Source: Sphagnum compactum
Taxonomy: Eukaryota
Assembly (NCBI GenBank): GCA_965153455.1
Contig: OZ234493.1
Location: forward strand, 12,204,213-12,268,212
Reading direction: 5' to 3'
Length of the DNA stretch: 64,000 nt
Made by a program: the position numbers and the translations under genes
Notes under the pieces: generated by a model
Databases searched by the model: none
Seen by the model: the letters and a program-made list of their open reading frames with translations, nothing else
Told to the model about the DNA's origin: nothing
Shown: in pieces, positions 35,844-47,615 of the stretch
How the letters are laid out: each line of letters starts with the position of its first letter
How positions within the stretch are numbered: position 1 is the first letter of the stretch

Positions 35844-38287
35844 TTATGTAGAAGCCTCTGCTTTGGAGGCAACTGAAGCATGAGATGCTCGCTTCTTGGC
35901 CAAACTCTCACTGCGGTGCTCACGTTGCTCCTTGAGACGCAATGCCAACAGTCTTTGGTACTCTGCTGCTTCATTCTTGGACTTGACAATCCTCTTCTTC
36001 TTGAGAGCAATTCTGCGACGTTTTCTCTGCAGGGTGACAGGTGTCACAAGTCGCTGAATCTTAGGTGCCTTGCTTCTCTTCTTTCCTGCCATTATGAAAA
36101 ATCAGAATATATCTGTGTAAGATATACTTCCACAAAAGACAGGTTGGCAGACATGGGACCTCCACAGCTGCTTATAGACAAAACAGGCATCAGCCTACTT
36201 GAAGCTATTAATAGAAGTAAACCCTTTGAACTAGCTGATAAAACTTGGTCCAAAAGATGGACCCATCACAATGGTCCCCTATCAGACAAACAAATGACAG
36301 AGAAGAGCACCCAGACCTCAAGAAATAGTACATTTCTCACCTGTTGAGGAGACAAATGTGCGGCGATATGTGTTGACATATTTCCTGACATCATCTTCTT
36401 TGGTAAGATTGAAGAGCTTGCGGATCTTAGTGGCCCTTTTTGGTCCCCTCATCCTGGGCTTCTCAGTGTCAGTCAGTCCAGGCAGATGGTTGTCCCCTGG
36501 TGTTCATCAAGCCATTGCTCCAGATTAGAACTTTTCCCAGCAATCACCATTTCAAACCTGGCCAGGACTTTGAATGATGGCCTTCCCAAATCTTATCCAG
36601 GAAAAATAAGGAAGAAAACTTCGACCAGCAGTAGTGAAAGGTTACCAAAACTAAGCTGCAAGAAAGCTCCAGTACACCCTAAGATCCACTCAATTTTTAA
36701 TAACCTACTTGATGGAGGGGCAAAGCCAAAAAACAATGACACAAACATGACAAAAGATAGGAAACTAGGGATTCTACTGTTGGTGTGGCAGAAGACAGAG
36801 CCATGGAACAAACCTTGCTTCACAATGACAAGATTAAGAACAGAGAGATCAGGGCTGACAATGCAGCCTCTCACAGACTTGCGGCGACGCTCTCCATTGC
36901 GCCTCCCATAACCCCGGAAGCAAGAGGTGCCTGAAAACCTCCTTGTTGTTACTCTTTACAATTTGTAGGGTCTTACAATCTCACAAAGAACACCTTTATT
37001 TGCCACATTGCACCTGCTGCAAATAGCATCAAAACATCTCAACTGGAAAACTGCACAATGAACCTCGGTGCATCAAGATCCGAACTCGGCCCTGAGTGAG
37101 AACTCCCTGCTTCATGGGGAATCCCTGCTTGTCACAGCCTCCCATGATCTTGAACACATATCCCTTGAATTCCTGCAAAGACATTTCAGATAATGATCAT
37201 CAATGATCTCCACAACTATTAGGGGAGGGATCTTTAGTGCACAAGATCTTTGAAGCTTGAACAATTGAAAGAACTGCAGAGAAAAAAATTCCTACTTGAC
37301 CGAAGTGAACATCAAGAAAAAAGTGGTCACTGCAAACCAAACTAGGGCTTTGGTTCATAGGACTTACATCTCCAAGGCTATCACCACTGACCTCCTGGGC
37401 TAGTCGCTTGTCAAAGAACCCACGTCTGCAGCACAAAAAACAAGAACACCTCAACCATTGAGCCTCTGTAAAAGCTACAGCCTCTTCCTGCAGGTCACAG
37501 CTTCCACTGGTAGCCAAGATATGTCCAATGAACTGAGATAAGCAGATGTAAGAATATCATTCACTTACAGTTTCTGGTCATCATCACTTTCAACCTTCTT
37601 CTGGCACCCTGTAGTAGGGTTGGCAATGTTGAGCTGCAAGACAAAAGCAACCAAAAATCTCAGCTGTGGAATTATAACCAATCATTCCTGCAGGAATGAC
37701 TTTTGGTCTCTGCAAGAAAGGTTTGCTTGTACTGAGTTCGATCCCTTTCAATCCTTGGCAAGAGTTTGCAGTGTCCTTCGATGCACCAGACGCTTCCCTT
37801 GATAGCGGACTACTAGGGTTTTCTGTACAGTTCGTGCAATGGACTTAGGGTTGAAGGTTCATGAACCACAACTGCACAATGGAAGTCTTCTAAAGATTCC
37901 AAGGGCAAGAAAAGCATAACAGCATCTCCTTCTTCTTACATACCCCAAAAGCGACAGCATTACCTTCTATGCAAACCCTAGTTTCCTCCGAAGGTATGCC
38001 ATATACCAAGAAGAAAAAGCGGAACTTGTCCATTATCCACAAAAGCGTGTCTGAGAAACGACAAACGCCGATTCCAAGTTGCTCGAAGTAGTCCCATCTT
38101 CTCGGGCTGGGAGGAGGAAACATGTCTATAACGGTAACGAGCTAAACCCCCGAAAATCTAACCCTTCGTTCCACAGAAGAATGCAGAAAAGAAAAGAGAA
38201 ATAAATACTTTCAGAAAATCCGAATCTACTGAGAAAACACGGTGAGAGCAGCGGCAACGGGATGATGAGAGGATATATCACCTTCAT
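35844..38287 (-). CDS. RPS6: 40S ribosomal protein S6 (eS6), 7 exons: 38282-38287, 37569-37633, 37368-37425, 37064-37172, 36814-36930, 36341-36496, 35844-36085
   Basis: Spliced [131 protein letters not shown]. It has the 2-codon first exon typical of RPS6. Confidence 0.98.
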
Positions 38288-38475
38288 GGTGACTGTTGGA
38301 GCGATCCACGTGCACAACCACAAGTCAAGAGAAGCGCGATGGCGGACGCGAGCTCGCGTCGCGTGCGTTGAGAAAGAGAATTCCGTTGCTGCATAGCCGC
38401 TGCCGTTTGTTCGGGCTTCTGGCTCCGTATCCACCGTCCACTCTCTCCATCTAATGGATGCTATCGTCCAGAGGA

Positions 38476-38484
38476 TTAGGGTTT
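38476..38484 (-). promoter_or_regulatory. Telo-box (AAACCCTAA) upstream of RPS6
   Basis: TTAGGGTTT on the + strand about 190 bp upstream of the RPS6 ATG. Telo-boxes are established in plant ribosomal-protein promoters. Confidence 0.7.
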
Positions 38485-39789
38485 GACGCCGAACCGGTTT
38501 TATTTTGGAGTGCAAAAGTTGACGATGGAAAGTGGCATCTCGATTATCACGTCAACAACGCCATTTAAGGACGTCATTCAGATGACGGTTTATCTGGTCA
38601 TCCCTTTGTATACTTGAGGTGCTGTGTCCAACTTTCAGCACTAAGAAAGTCTACAAATGCATCTCCATATGATCTCCCTTTAGACGCATTGATATGATTA
38701 GCCCTTACCCCAACAACATCAACTTGCTAAAATGACCCATTCATGTCATTGTTCTCATTGTTGTCTAGAAGTGCATTCTCAAGCACCTACAACACATTTG
38801 TAACATTTCCCGTACATTTGTGATCATGCTTGTTTTGCATAGCCACCATTATTATACTACCACCACCACCACATTCATCTTTTGTAGTTGTTGCTTGCAC
38901 ATACATCTTTTTTTTTTAAGATGATGATCCTTGCAACATCAATGCAAGCATAGGGTTCATCACTTGTTACATATCACATGAGCTTGTTTACCACTTGTAA
39001 AATGAACATGTTCCATGAACCATATACATATTACATGAACATGTTCATCACTTGTAAGATGGCCAAAAAAAAAGATGATGATGATCCTTGCATCAATAGA
39101 TAATAATGAAGATGAACACAAAACTAGCAAGTTGATTTGACATCAACACAAAAAGTAAGCGCAAGATGATGAAGATGACAAGTGCCAACATTTGAGAAAA
39201 GAAATTACAAAACAACACAAGGATCCTTGTGTCAATAAAGAATAAGGAAAAAAAATGCAAAACCAGCAAGTAGATCTAACATCAACACACAAACAAGTAC
39301 AAAATGATGAAAATGATGAGTGCAAACATCTAAGAAAAGAAACCAAAAGACAACATGATGATCCTTGGAGATGGAACATGAAAAACATTCAACAAAGTAA
39401 ATGAGATTGACAAAAATTATGAACGTTCATTAGAGATAATGCAAGTTAACCTATTTGAAAGCAAAACAAAAAGCAATTGAAGCAGAATCGTGAAAGTTCC
39501 ACAATCCAAAAGATACCTAAAGGAAACGATTAGAGCAAAAAAAAAACCTATAATTATTGTTTTAATTTGGAAAAAAATCACAACATTTTTTTACATAGGA
39601 AAAAGGTTTTAATTTAGACCTTTCCAACTTCAAACAAGAGCTTCAATTTTCAAAGGTCTATAATTTTTAAAAATAAAATCTTATTTCAAAAGAAGGGAGG
39701 AAAAATCATTGGTCCAAAATCAAAGGTTTCAGCCAAAAAGGCCTAAGGCAACAAAAGCATCATCTAACAATCCCAACCTTGGGCCTTCG

Positions 39790-42240
39790 CACTACTAGAA
39801 ATTTTGGGTTTTGCAATTGTCATTTGCAACTAAAATTCAATCCATGCGACACATGCAACTGCAAATTTGTGTAGTTGCCTCAGACAAGTTGCACATGACA
39901 TTCAATTGCATGTGACACTACGTATGCAACATGTATATATGTTGTTAATATACATGCTCATCCATACATACTAATCCAAGTGTAATTGCACCTTATATGC
40001 AACTCTCCTTACAACTACAATGTAGCTAATAAAAATATGACATGTGTTTAAAAATTGAACAACTAGCTTATGGACATGTGTCATTATTTAATTATTTTTG
40101 TATTTTTAAAATTAAAAATTCATTGGATTAATCTCAATCATTAAAGTTTCTACCACTAATATGATGACACGTGGCACACCATGGAACCTTCATTGACCAT
40201 TTGACACGTGTCATTTTTAAACACCAATTATATGATGACATGTGACAATTAAGGCCCATCTATTTTTAATTTAAAAATATTAATTAATGAAATTTAAGTC
40301 GTCAAATTCATGGTTAATAAGATGTTCACAGGTGTTACCTAGGTAGGTAAGTACTTATTAAACCTTATAAGGTAAGTAGGTTTATTTAAGTATGTAAGTA
40401 GGTTGAACACACCTAAGTTTAAGCTATATAGGTAAAATTAAAATAATCCGATTTTATTTTTAAGATTAACCATTTCATAAAGGTCAAGTTTTATTTATTT
40501 ACTCATCCCCAATGGCACTTGGTGTTTTGTTATTTCAAAGATATTACTTCTACTTATATACTGAATTAAATAGAATTGGAAGCCAAAAGATATGGGATAA
40601 AAAATTTCATTGCAAACTTCATGAACCAACTCAGTTGCACATTATATGCAACTAATGTATTAGAGTATAACAGCCAGGGATGGTTTTGTTGCTTCTGGTG
40701 TCCAAACAAAACTTGAAGCCCTCCTTTTGGCGCATCTAACCCACTAAGAATCATCGAAAACAGATTAGAAATGAGAAAGTTATGGCCCTCCAAAGTAAAA
40801 GGGGTAAAAAACTTAGAAAAAAACCATTGAACACTATAAGGCCAATTTTTAAACACCCATAAAGTTCCTTTTATGTTTTTTTTTGCTATTAAACTTCCAT
40901 CATGATTTGTAGAACTTCAGATGGCGCTCCTATAGCATTCTAAATCATTTAAAATGAATAAGAAATAAGAAAGTTATGAAGTTTGAAAATAGGAGCGGTC
41001 CAAAAAAATAAAATAAAATTGTTTTGTAACTTGGAAATTTATTTTTCTTCTTGTTAATTTCTCATTACTCCTTTTCTTTTGCACTTCAAAGATGATTGTA
41101 GAATATTTTTAATAATTATGATTACTTAATGAAAATATGGTTTTAACATTATTATATAGTTTAAACTAGTAATTAGTTTAAGATGTTTGTGTACTTGTAG
41201 GTTAATTCGTGTAGCCTATTTACATTAATATTTAAACATAAATAATAAAATTTAAATATATAATACCTATTGATATTATATATATATTGATTATCATTAT
41301 AATCATAATAACATTTAATTGATAATTATGAATATTCATTATAAATTTAATATTATCATATTAATTGATATTGAATAATGTTTTTGTTTAATCAAATTTA
41401 CATTTTCTGAAAAAGATTCCAAATAAAATAAAATAAAAAAGTTTTACTTACCAAAACAAATATTTAAATATATTTGACAAATAAAATTTAAAAACTTACA
41501 ATATATATTTAAACCATGGTTTAGTTTAGCTTAATTTAATTTAATATAATTTAGTTTAACCATAATTAATTTAGCCATAATTGGTTTGGTTTAACTGAAT
41601 TTAGCCATATTTATTTTAGCCATAATTAATATAGTTTAATTTATTTTAACCATAAATAATTTATCCTAACTTAATTTAACCATAATTAGTTTAGTTTAAT
41701 AAATTTAGCCATGGTTAGTTTTAACTTAATTTAATTTAGCCATAAATATTTTAGCCAAATAAATTTAGCCATAAATATTTTAGCCAAATAAATTTAGCCA
41801 TGGTTAATTTTAACCATAATTATTTTAGCCTAACTTAGTTTAATTATGGTTAATTTAGCCTAATTTAATTTAGCCATGGTTAGTTTAACTTTTTAGTTTA
41901 TTTAACCTAAGTTAGTTTAGCCATGGTTATTTTAGCTTAGCTTAGCTTAACCTAAGTTCACATGGGGTTAACCTTAATATTAGAGGCACATGATATTATC
42001 ATACATAGCCTATGTAGATATATTAAATATAATAATTTAAGTACGTATAAGTTTAGGCCATCATTTTTATGACACGTGTCCATGTTATACACATTTAGTT
42101 GCACACACAATCATATGGCTAAAAATTTATACAAATACCAAATTTACAGTTGCAAACATGACCAAGATAATTGCAAACGATAACCAGTTGCATGCTAGTT
42201 GCATAGTGATTGGTTGCAAATGACAGGATTTTTAGTAGTG
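39790..42240 (+). mobile_element. Non-autonomous CACTA family B, full length (~2.45 kb)
   Basis: Terminal inverted repeats CACTACTAGAAA... / ...TTTTTAGTAGTG. The flanks TCG (39787-39789) and TTG (42241-42243) read as a 3-bp TSD with one CpG-type transition. Subterminal GCAACT/AGTTGC repeats. Confidence 0.85.
41515..41960 (+). repeat. Internal degenerate tandem array of 5-mer modules (TTAGC/CATAA/TTAAT/TTAGT) in CACTA family B
   Basis: TTTAGCCATAA / TTTAACCATAA units recur with ~20-bp spacing. Confidence 0.8.
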
Positions 42241-42429
42241 TTGAGTTATGCACATGTTACAATGTTTTTTTGCTAAATTACAATTTCATTATGTTGAGTT
42301 GTTGGTCCGCTTTGTAAATCATGAGGTGTTAATTCCACTTTTGGACTTCAGCAATTTGGAAATGACAAGTTTGTATAACATCACAAAATGAAACCAAAAC
42401 CAAAACACTATGAAAAAATGGGGTGATTT

Positions 42430-44530
42430 CTAATTAGCCTTGCAACTAGGTTTTTTAGTTGCAATGACCATTTGTAACTCATTGCAACTCAACGTATTTT
42501 TACATGTGTGAATGCTATCCAATAAGTTGCATGAATTGTAACTAATGTAATGCACCATATGTGCAATTCTAATGTAACTACAATGGAACGTCATGTTAAC
42601 GTTACTTTTCATCAATTTGTCAAAATCTAATATGTGACACTCTAGGAATTTTTGAGTGGAAATTAATATTATTTTGAAATATTGATTTCCACCATCCATT
42701 ATGATTTTTCATTTTATATGGTTTTAGATTGGGACATGTGGCGAAGTTAAAAAGTGTCACATGGCATATTAATTGAAAATTGAAAAATAAAAATAAAAAT
42801 ATATTTAAATAACTAAGTAGGTTGACACATAAACATGGTAGGTAGGTTGATAGGTCCTATCTACTTACCTAAGTAGGTAAATAAAATTAGGTAGGTAGGA
42901 CATACCTACTTACCTATTTAGGTAAGCAAGTAGGTAGGAAAATAGAAAGGTAGGTGAATTATAGAGTAGCCATGTAGATTATTTCTAAAAAAATTATGTT
43001 TTATTTTTAAAGTTAAGTTTTTTTGAATTCATCACACATTGGCACATGTATTTTAATGTGAGCACACAAGAAAGGACACCTTGTTTATATAGTTTGTGGA
43101 ATGGGATTCAAAGATTAAACATATGGATTTAATCTTTTAGTTGCACATTATTTGCAACTAACAAAAACATTTCCTACATTCTTTGTGTTTGTTTGAATTT
43201 TGTAAATGATACATCTAAATAAGTGAATATATAATAATTATACTTATGAATAATCAATTATTTGAAACATTTTTTGAATTAACTTTTTGAACTAATAAGT
43301 TTAATTCAAATAATTTGTTAGTTAACTATCAGATAATTAATGATATGAATTCACATAAAATTTAAATAATTGATCATTTAGATTCCCAAAATTAATTATT
43401 TGGATTATATTATAGTTAATTATTTGAATTAATTATTTAAGTTAGTTATTTGAATTGCTAATTATATTTAGATAATTAACTATTTGAATTTAGAAACTAA
43501 CATACTATTTGAATCAATTACTTTAATTCATCTAATTTTTTAGTTAAATATTTCAAATAATAATATTTGATTTTAGATAATCTATCATCAAATAATTAAT
43601 TATTTGAGTTTCAATTTTTGATCAATTATCTAAATTGACTAACAAATTAGTTATTTTAAGTAGATTGATTAATTCAAATGAATAGTTAATTATTTAGTAT
43701 AATTAGTTAATTAATTTATTTAATTAAAATATTAGTTATTATTTAATAAATAATGAATTTAAACATGAATTTGGGTAGAAGAAATAATTATCAAATAATT
43801 AATTATGTGAATTTTGAAATTGATAAATGATTATTTCAATTAAATATTTTTATTAAACATTTAATTTTAGAAATTAACTAGTCTTTTGATTATTTGTAAA
43901 ATAATTATTTGATTCAATTAACAACTTAGTTTTGAATTAAATTGATTAATTCATATTAAATATTAACTAATATTAAATAGTTGATAAGTTGTTGGAAAAA
44001 TTTATAAAATATTTAAATATGAATTTATAAAATTATTAACTTATTAATAGTTGAACAACAATCACAAAATAACGGAATAAATAATACGTATATAATGGCA
44101 ATTACATAATGGCAACATAGTGGCACAACTAAATGTATCAATGGGAATCCAAATTGATAATTAGTTACAAATGTCGTAATTAATGGGCAATGAAAAATGA
44201 GTATATATGGCAAGATTGTATGTGTTGACAACTATACATTAGTCACAACGTAATTGTTAATTGGGTGCTACATTTACATTACTTGTAATGTGTTTGCCAC
44301 ACACAACTAAAGTACAAGTTGTCAAAAAGTCAAACATGGTTGACTGTGTCTATATGTACGATGTGTACATTACACCATATAGGTGTTCCATTTGAAACTA
44401 AGTAGCAACTATTGTACAATTCCCTAATTTTCAAATGTGACATTTCATTTATTAATTGCATATATATCCATGCTCTAGTTGTAGTGTAGTTGTATATTAA
44501 TTATTTTGAAGCTCTAGTTGTAAGGCAGTG
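42430..44530. mobile_element. Decayed CACTA-like non-autonomous element with an AT-rich internal AATTATTTGA-type repeat
   Basis: Shares GCAACT/GTTGCA subterminal motifs and the ACATGTGGC/AGTAGGTAGG blocks of family B. Termini are not cleanly identifiable. Confidence 0.5.
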
Positions 44531-47395
44531 TGGTTTTAGTAGACAAAATTTCTCATAGTGAAAGTAAACAAAATTCAAAATCATTGTGTGAAATCAAGGT
44601 AAAGAAGCCTTGCCAATTTAATTAAAAACATCCATAAATACTAGTTATATTAGTAAAAGCCAAATGTGATGAACGTCTAATTTGCAAGTTTGAACAAAGC
44701 CAATGTAAAAGACAATTTAAAATTATGCTCATCAAGTGGAAGAAAATATTTGAAGCAATCATGAAAGATGGAATGCCCATGGAATGGTCCCATATGCAAG
44801 GACAAATGGAACATTATATTTGGCAATTTGAAATGTATCCATGATAATATGAAGAGCACATGGCACAATTGAATTTACTGGGAAATATCACTTTAATGCA
44901 CAATTGAACTCAACTTCCCATTATGATTTAATCACAAAATTCATGATATGGTTGGTGCTTTCATTGGACATTGAGTTTTTTTTGCACTTGAGCATTTGTG
45001 TGACCTCATGGATGATGGGGACATTGTGCATGTTTCAAACACCAATTGTGAAAATATTACAAATATTGATTCTTTTTAACAAACTACACACAATTTGAAC
45101 TCTCATCATTAGTGAAATCCAAAGTCATTTTTATTGTTAGACATTAATGGTTCATAAAATTTGCAAGGTGATTGGGAGCTATTGCATATTTTCCTTCCAA
45201 CAATGTTTTAAGTTCCCATGGGATGGATTGTATCCACTATTGAAAATGTCATTAAATTATTCATGCTAAGGTGCATTTATTCCCCTTCAGCAAAGTCCAC
45301 CGCCTATTAGTTGATTGAATCTTGTAACACCTATCATAATTTATCCACTACCTACGATTTTTATGATTCACTCGTCACTTATTGGACATGTTGATTTGCC
45401 GCTTACAAATGCACCCCTTCACATGGAAGCCTTCCACCTTCAAACTCATTAACAAAAAACTTTCAATGAAATAACATGGGTGTCAATTACAGAAAATTTT
45501 CAACAATGCATATAAAGATGGTTGATGCCATAGAAAGGGGAATCAAGTTCCTCGTAAAGTCCATTGACTTATGAATCCATATGACCATTATGAAAATCAA
45601 AGAACAACAAAACCAATGCAGTTGGATTATTTTAAAATGGGAGACCAACAAATTCAAGTAACACATTCAAAATGATTTCATGTTCAATGAAATTATTGGT
45701 TTGACTAAAGTTACATGGTTGGAAAAAAGACAAGACAAAAATAAACATGTTGAAAATAAGTTGAGGCAAGGGAGACACACAAATATTCCTTGTGAGAAAG
45801 AAAGGTGTGGGAATGTAAGAGAAAATTTCCAAGATTCCCAAATGCTTTCCCACTTTTAAGAATTTGGAATCCTAATTTGTCTTGCTATTTTGGAATGAGG
45901 TTTAAAGGGTCAAACCTTATCCAAATTGACCTTATTTCAGACCATTGGAAGCATTTTGAAAACTAAACATGTAAAATGTGGTCACATTTACATTTGGATA
46001 TTTGAAACATAAGTTAAATGAACAATTGGATGGTTAGGAATCAAAATAATAACTCAACTTTTGACCATTGAAATGTTTAATAAAAGGATCAAATCATTTT
46101 TGATTGAGGAGTGTGATATGATGTTGAAAATCTCTTTTCAAAGCTATAATTTTTATTGTGAAAGCTTTTAAATTAGAATCCATATGAAGGAGTTATGAAC
46201 CAACAAATTAACAATATTCATAACTTGGCAATTTGGGAATATCAAGAATGTGATTTAATCCCACTAGCATTTATAAAGTATATTATAACAAGAAAAGTGT
46301 TGATTCGTTCCAAGTTTGGGGCATGGTGAATTACATGAATGTGTGTTTTTCATAATTCAACTTGTGTATCAATTTGGTTCCAATTTGCAACAACCATTTT
46401 TTTTCTTGATTTGTAAGAGATTGATTTCACTTTGAATTCATTTAAAAAAAGTTCATCTTAGTCCTATCCCAAAACTCCCAAGTCCTATTTCTTTGTGGGA
46501 TCTAGGGAACAAGTCCTAAATTTGCATTCCATTGTGAAATTGGGAATTGATAATGTTCTTTACCTTTGACATCATTTGAGAAACCAAAGGATGTCTCAAT
46601 AACAACCTAGGCACAAGAACAACATACAATGAAATGCATGTTTTTAACAACACATTATGAAACATGTAACATCATCAATTTCATATTCTTGCAATGACAT
46701 TTATAATGTTTATGTAGTTTCACAATTGAAATTAATTTAAAAAAAACATGAGTCAATATTATTGTATAATAAAACACATGACAAATACATATTGAGATTT
46801 TGAATAATTCCAATAACGTAGGAACCTCTTTATATGGGGTTCTTTGTAAAAAGTTTCGTATGTCACTTTTACATGACCATTCTGGTTGTATGGTCATCCC
46901 TAGACCATTCCAAAAACAATTCAAAACTAACTACCTCATTTTCAAGCTTAATTATATCATAATTACTTCTTTTATAACTACCTCCTTTTCCTATTAACTT
47001 TCATAATAACTATCTCCCACCTCTCTTAATAATTACCTCCATTGTATAACTATCTCATTTTTTCCTGCGCACCAACATGGATATATAAAAACAAATTAAC
47101 ACGTGTCTTTTCATGTCCATGAAATGTATATTAATTTAAATTAAATTAAACATTGACATAAATATATGAAAACATAAGAAAAATTAAAATAATTCATCAT
47201 CACTAGCAGAATCTCAGTCTATTCCGGAGCGGGCTACTGATTTTGAAGAAGGCTGCTGATTCCGGACAGAATCAGAAGACTGCTGATTCTGTCGTGGAAA
47301 CACACTCATGACACCCTCGCGCTCATAATGCCCCGTCGCAAGCTTCGCACGCTCATCGCTTAGGGTTTCGGTTTTTACGTGTCTCTCTCGCGCGC

Positions 47396-47400
<5 letters not shown>

Positions 47401-47434
<34 letters not shown>
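47401..47434 (+). repeat. (CT)n microsatellite near the likely TSS of the ZFC3H1-like gene
   Basis: About 17 CT units. Similar SSRs occur at 613-629 (CT), 1548-1566 (CA), 1696-1713 (GAT), 2081-2105 (GA) and 5415-5433 (GT). Confidence 0.9.
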
Positions 47435-47438
<4 letters not shown>

Positions 47439-47615
47439 TTTTGATCCATATTTTCGTAGCGATTTCACAGTTTCTCATCGGAAATTTTGAGTTGCAGCGC
47501 GCGTTTTTGTGGTGATACGGTGGGCAACGTGGGAGAAACACGGTGAGGCATTTTTCGAGCACGGAATTGCGGGCAGAGTAGGGGGGGGGGTGGGGGTGGG
47601 GGTGGGGGGGATGAT

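Noticed and set aside
44600-46900. Possible transposase remnant
   Set aside because: The texture is coding-like but no diagnostic motif could be read with confidence, so it is left unclassified.
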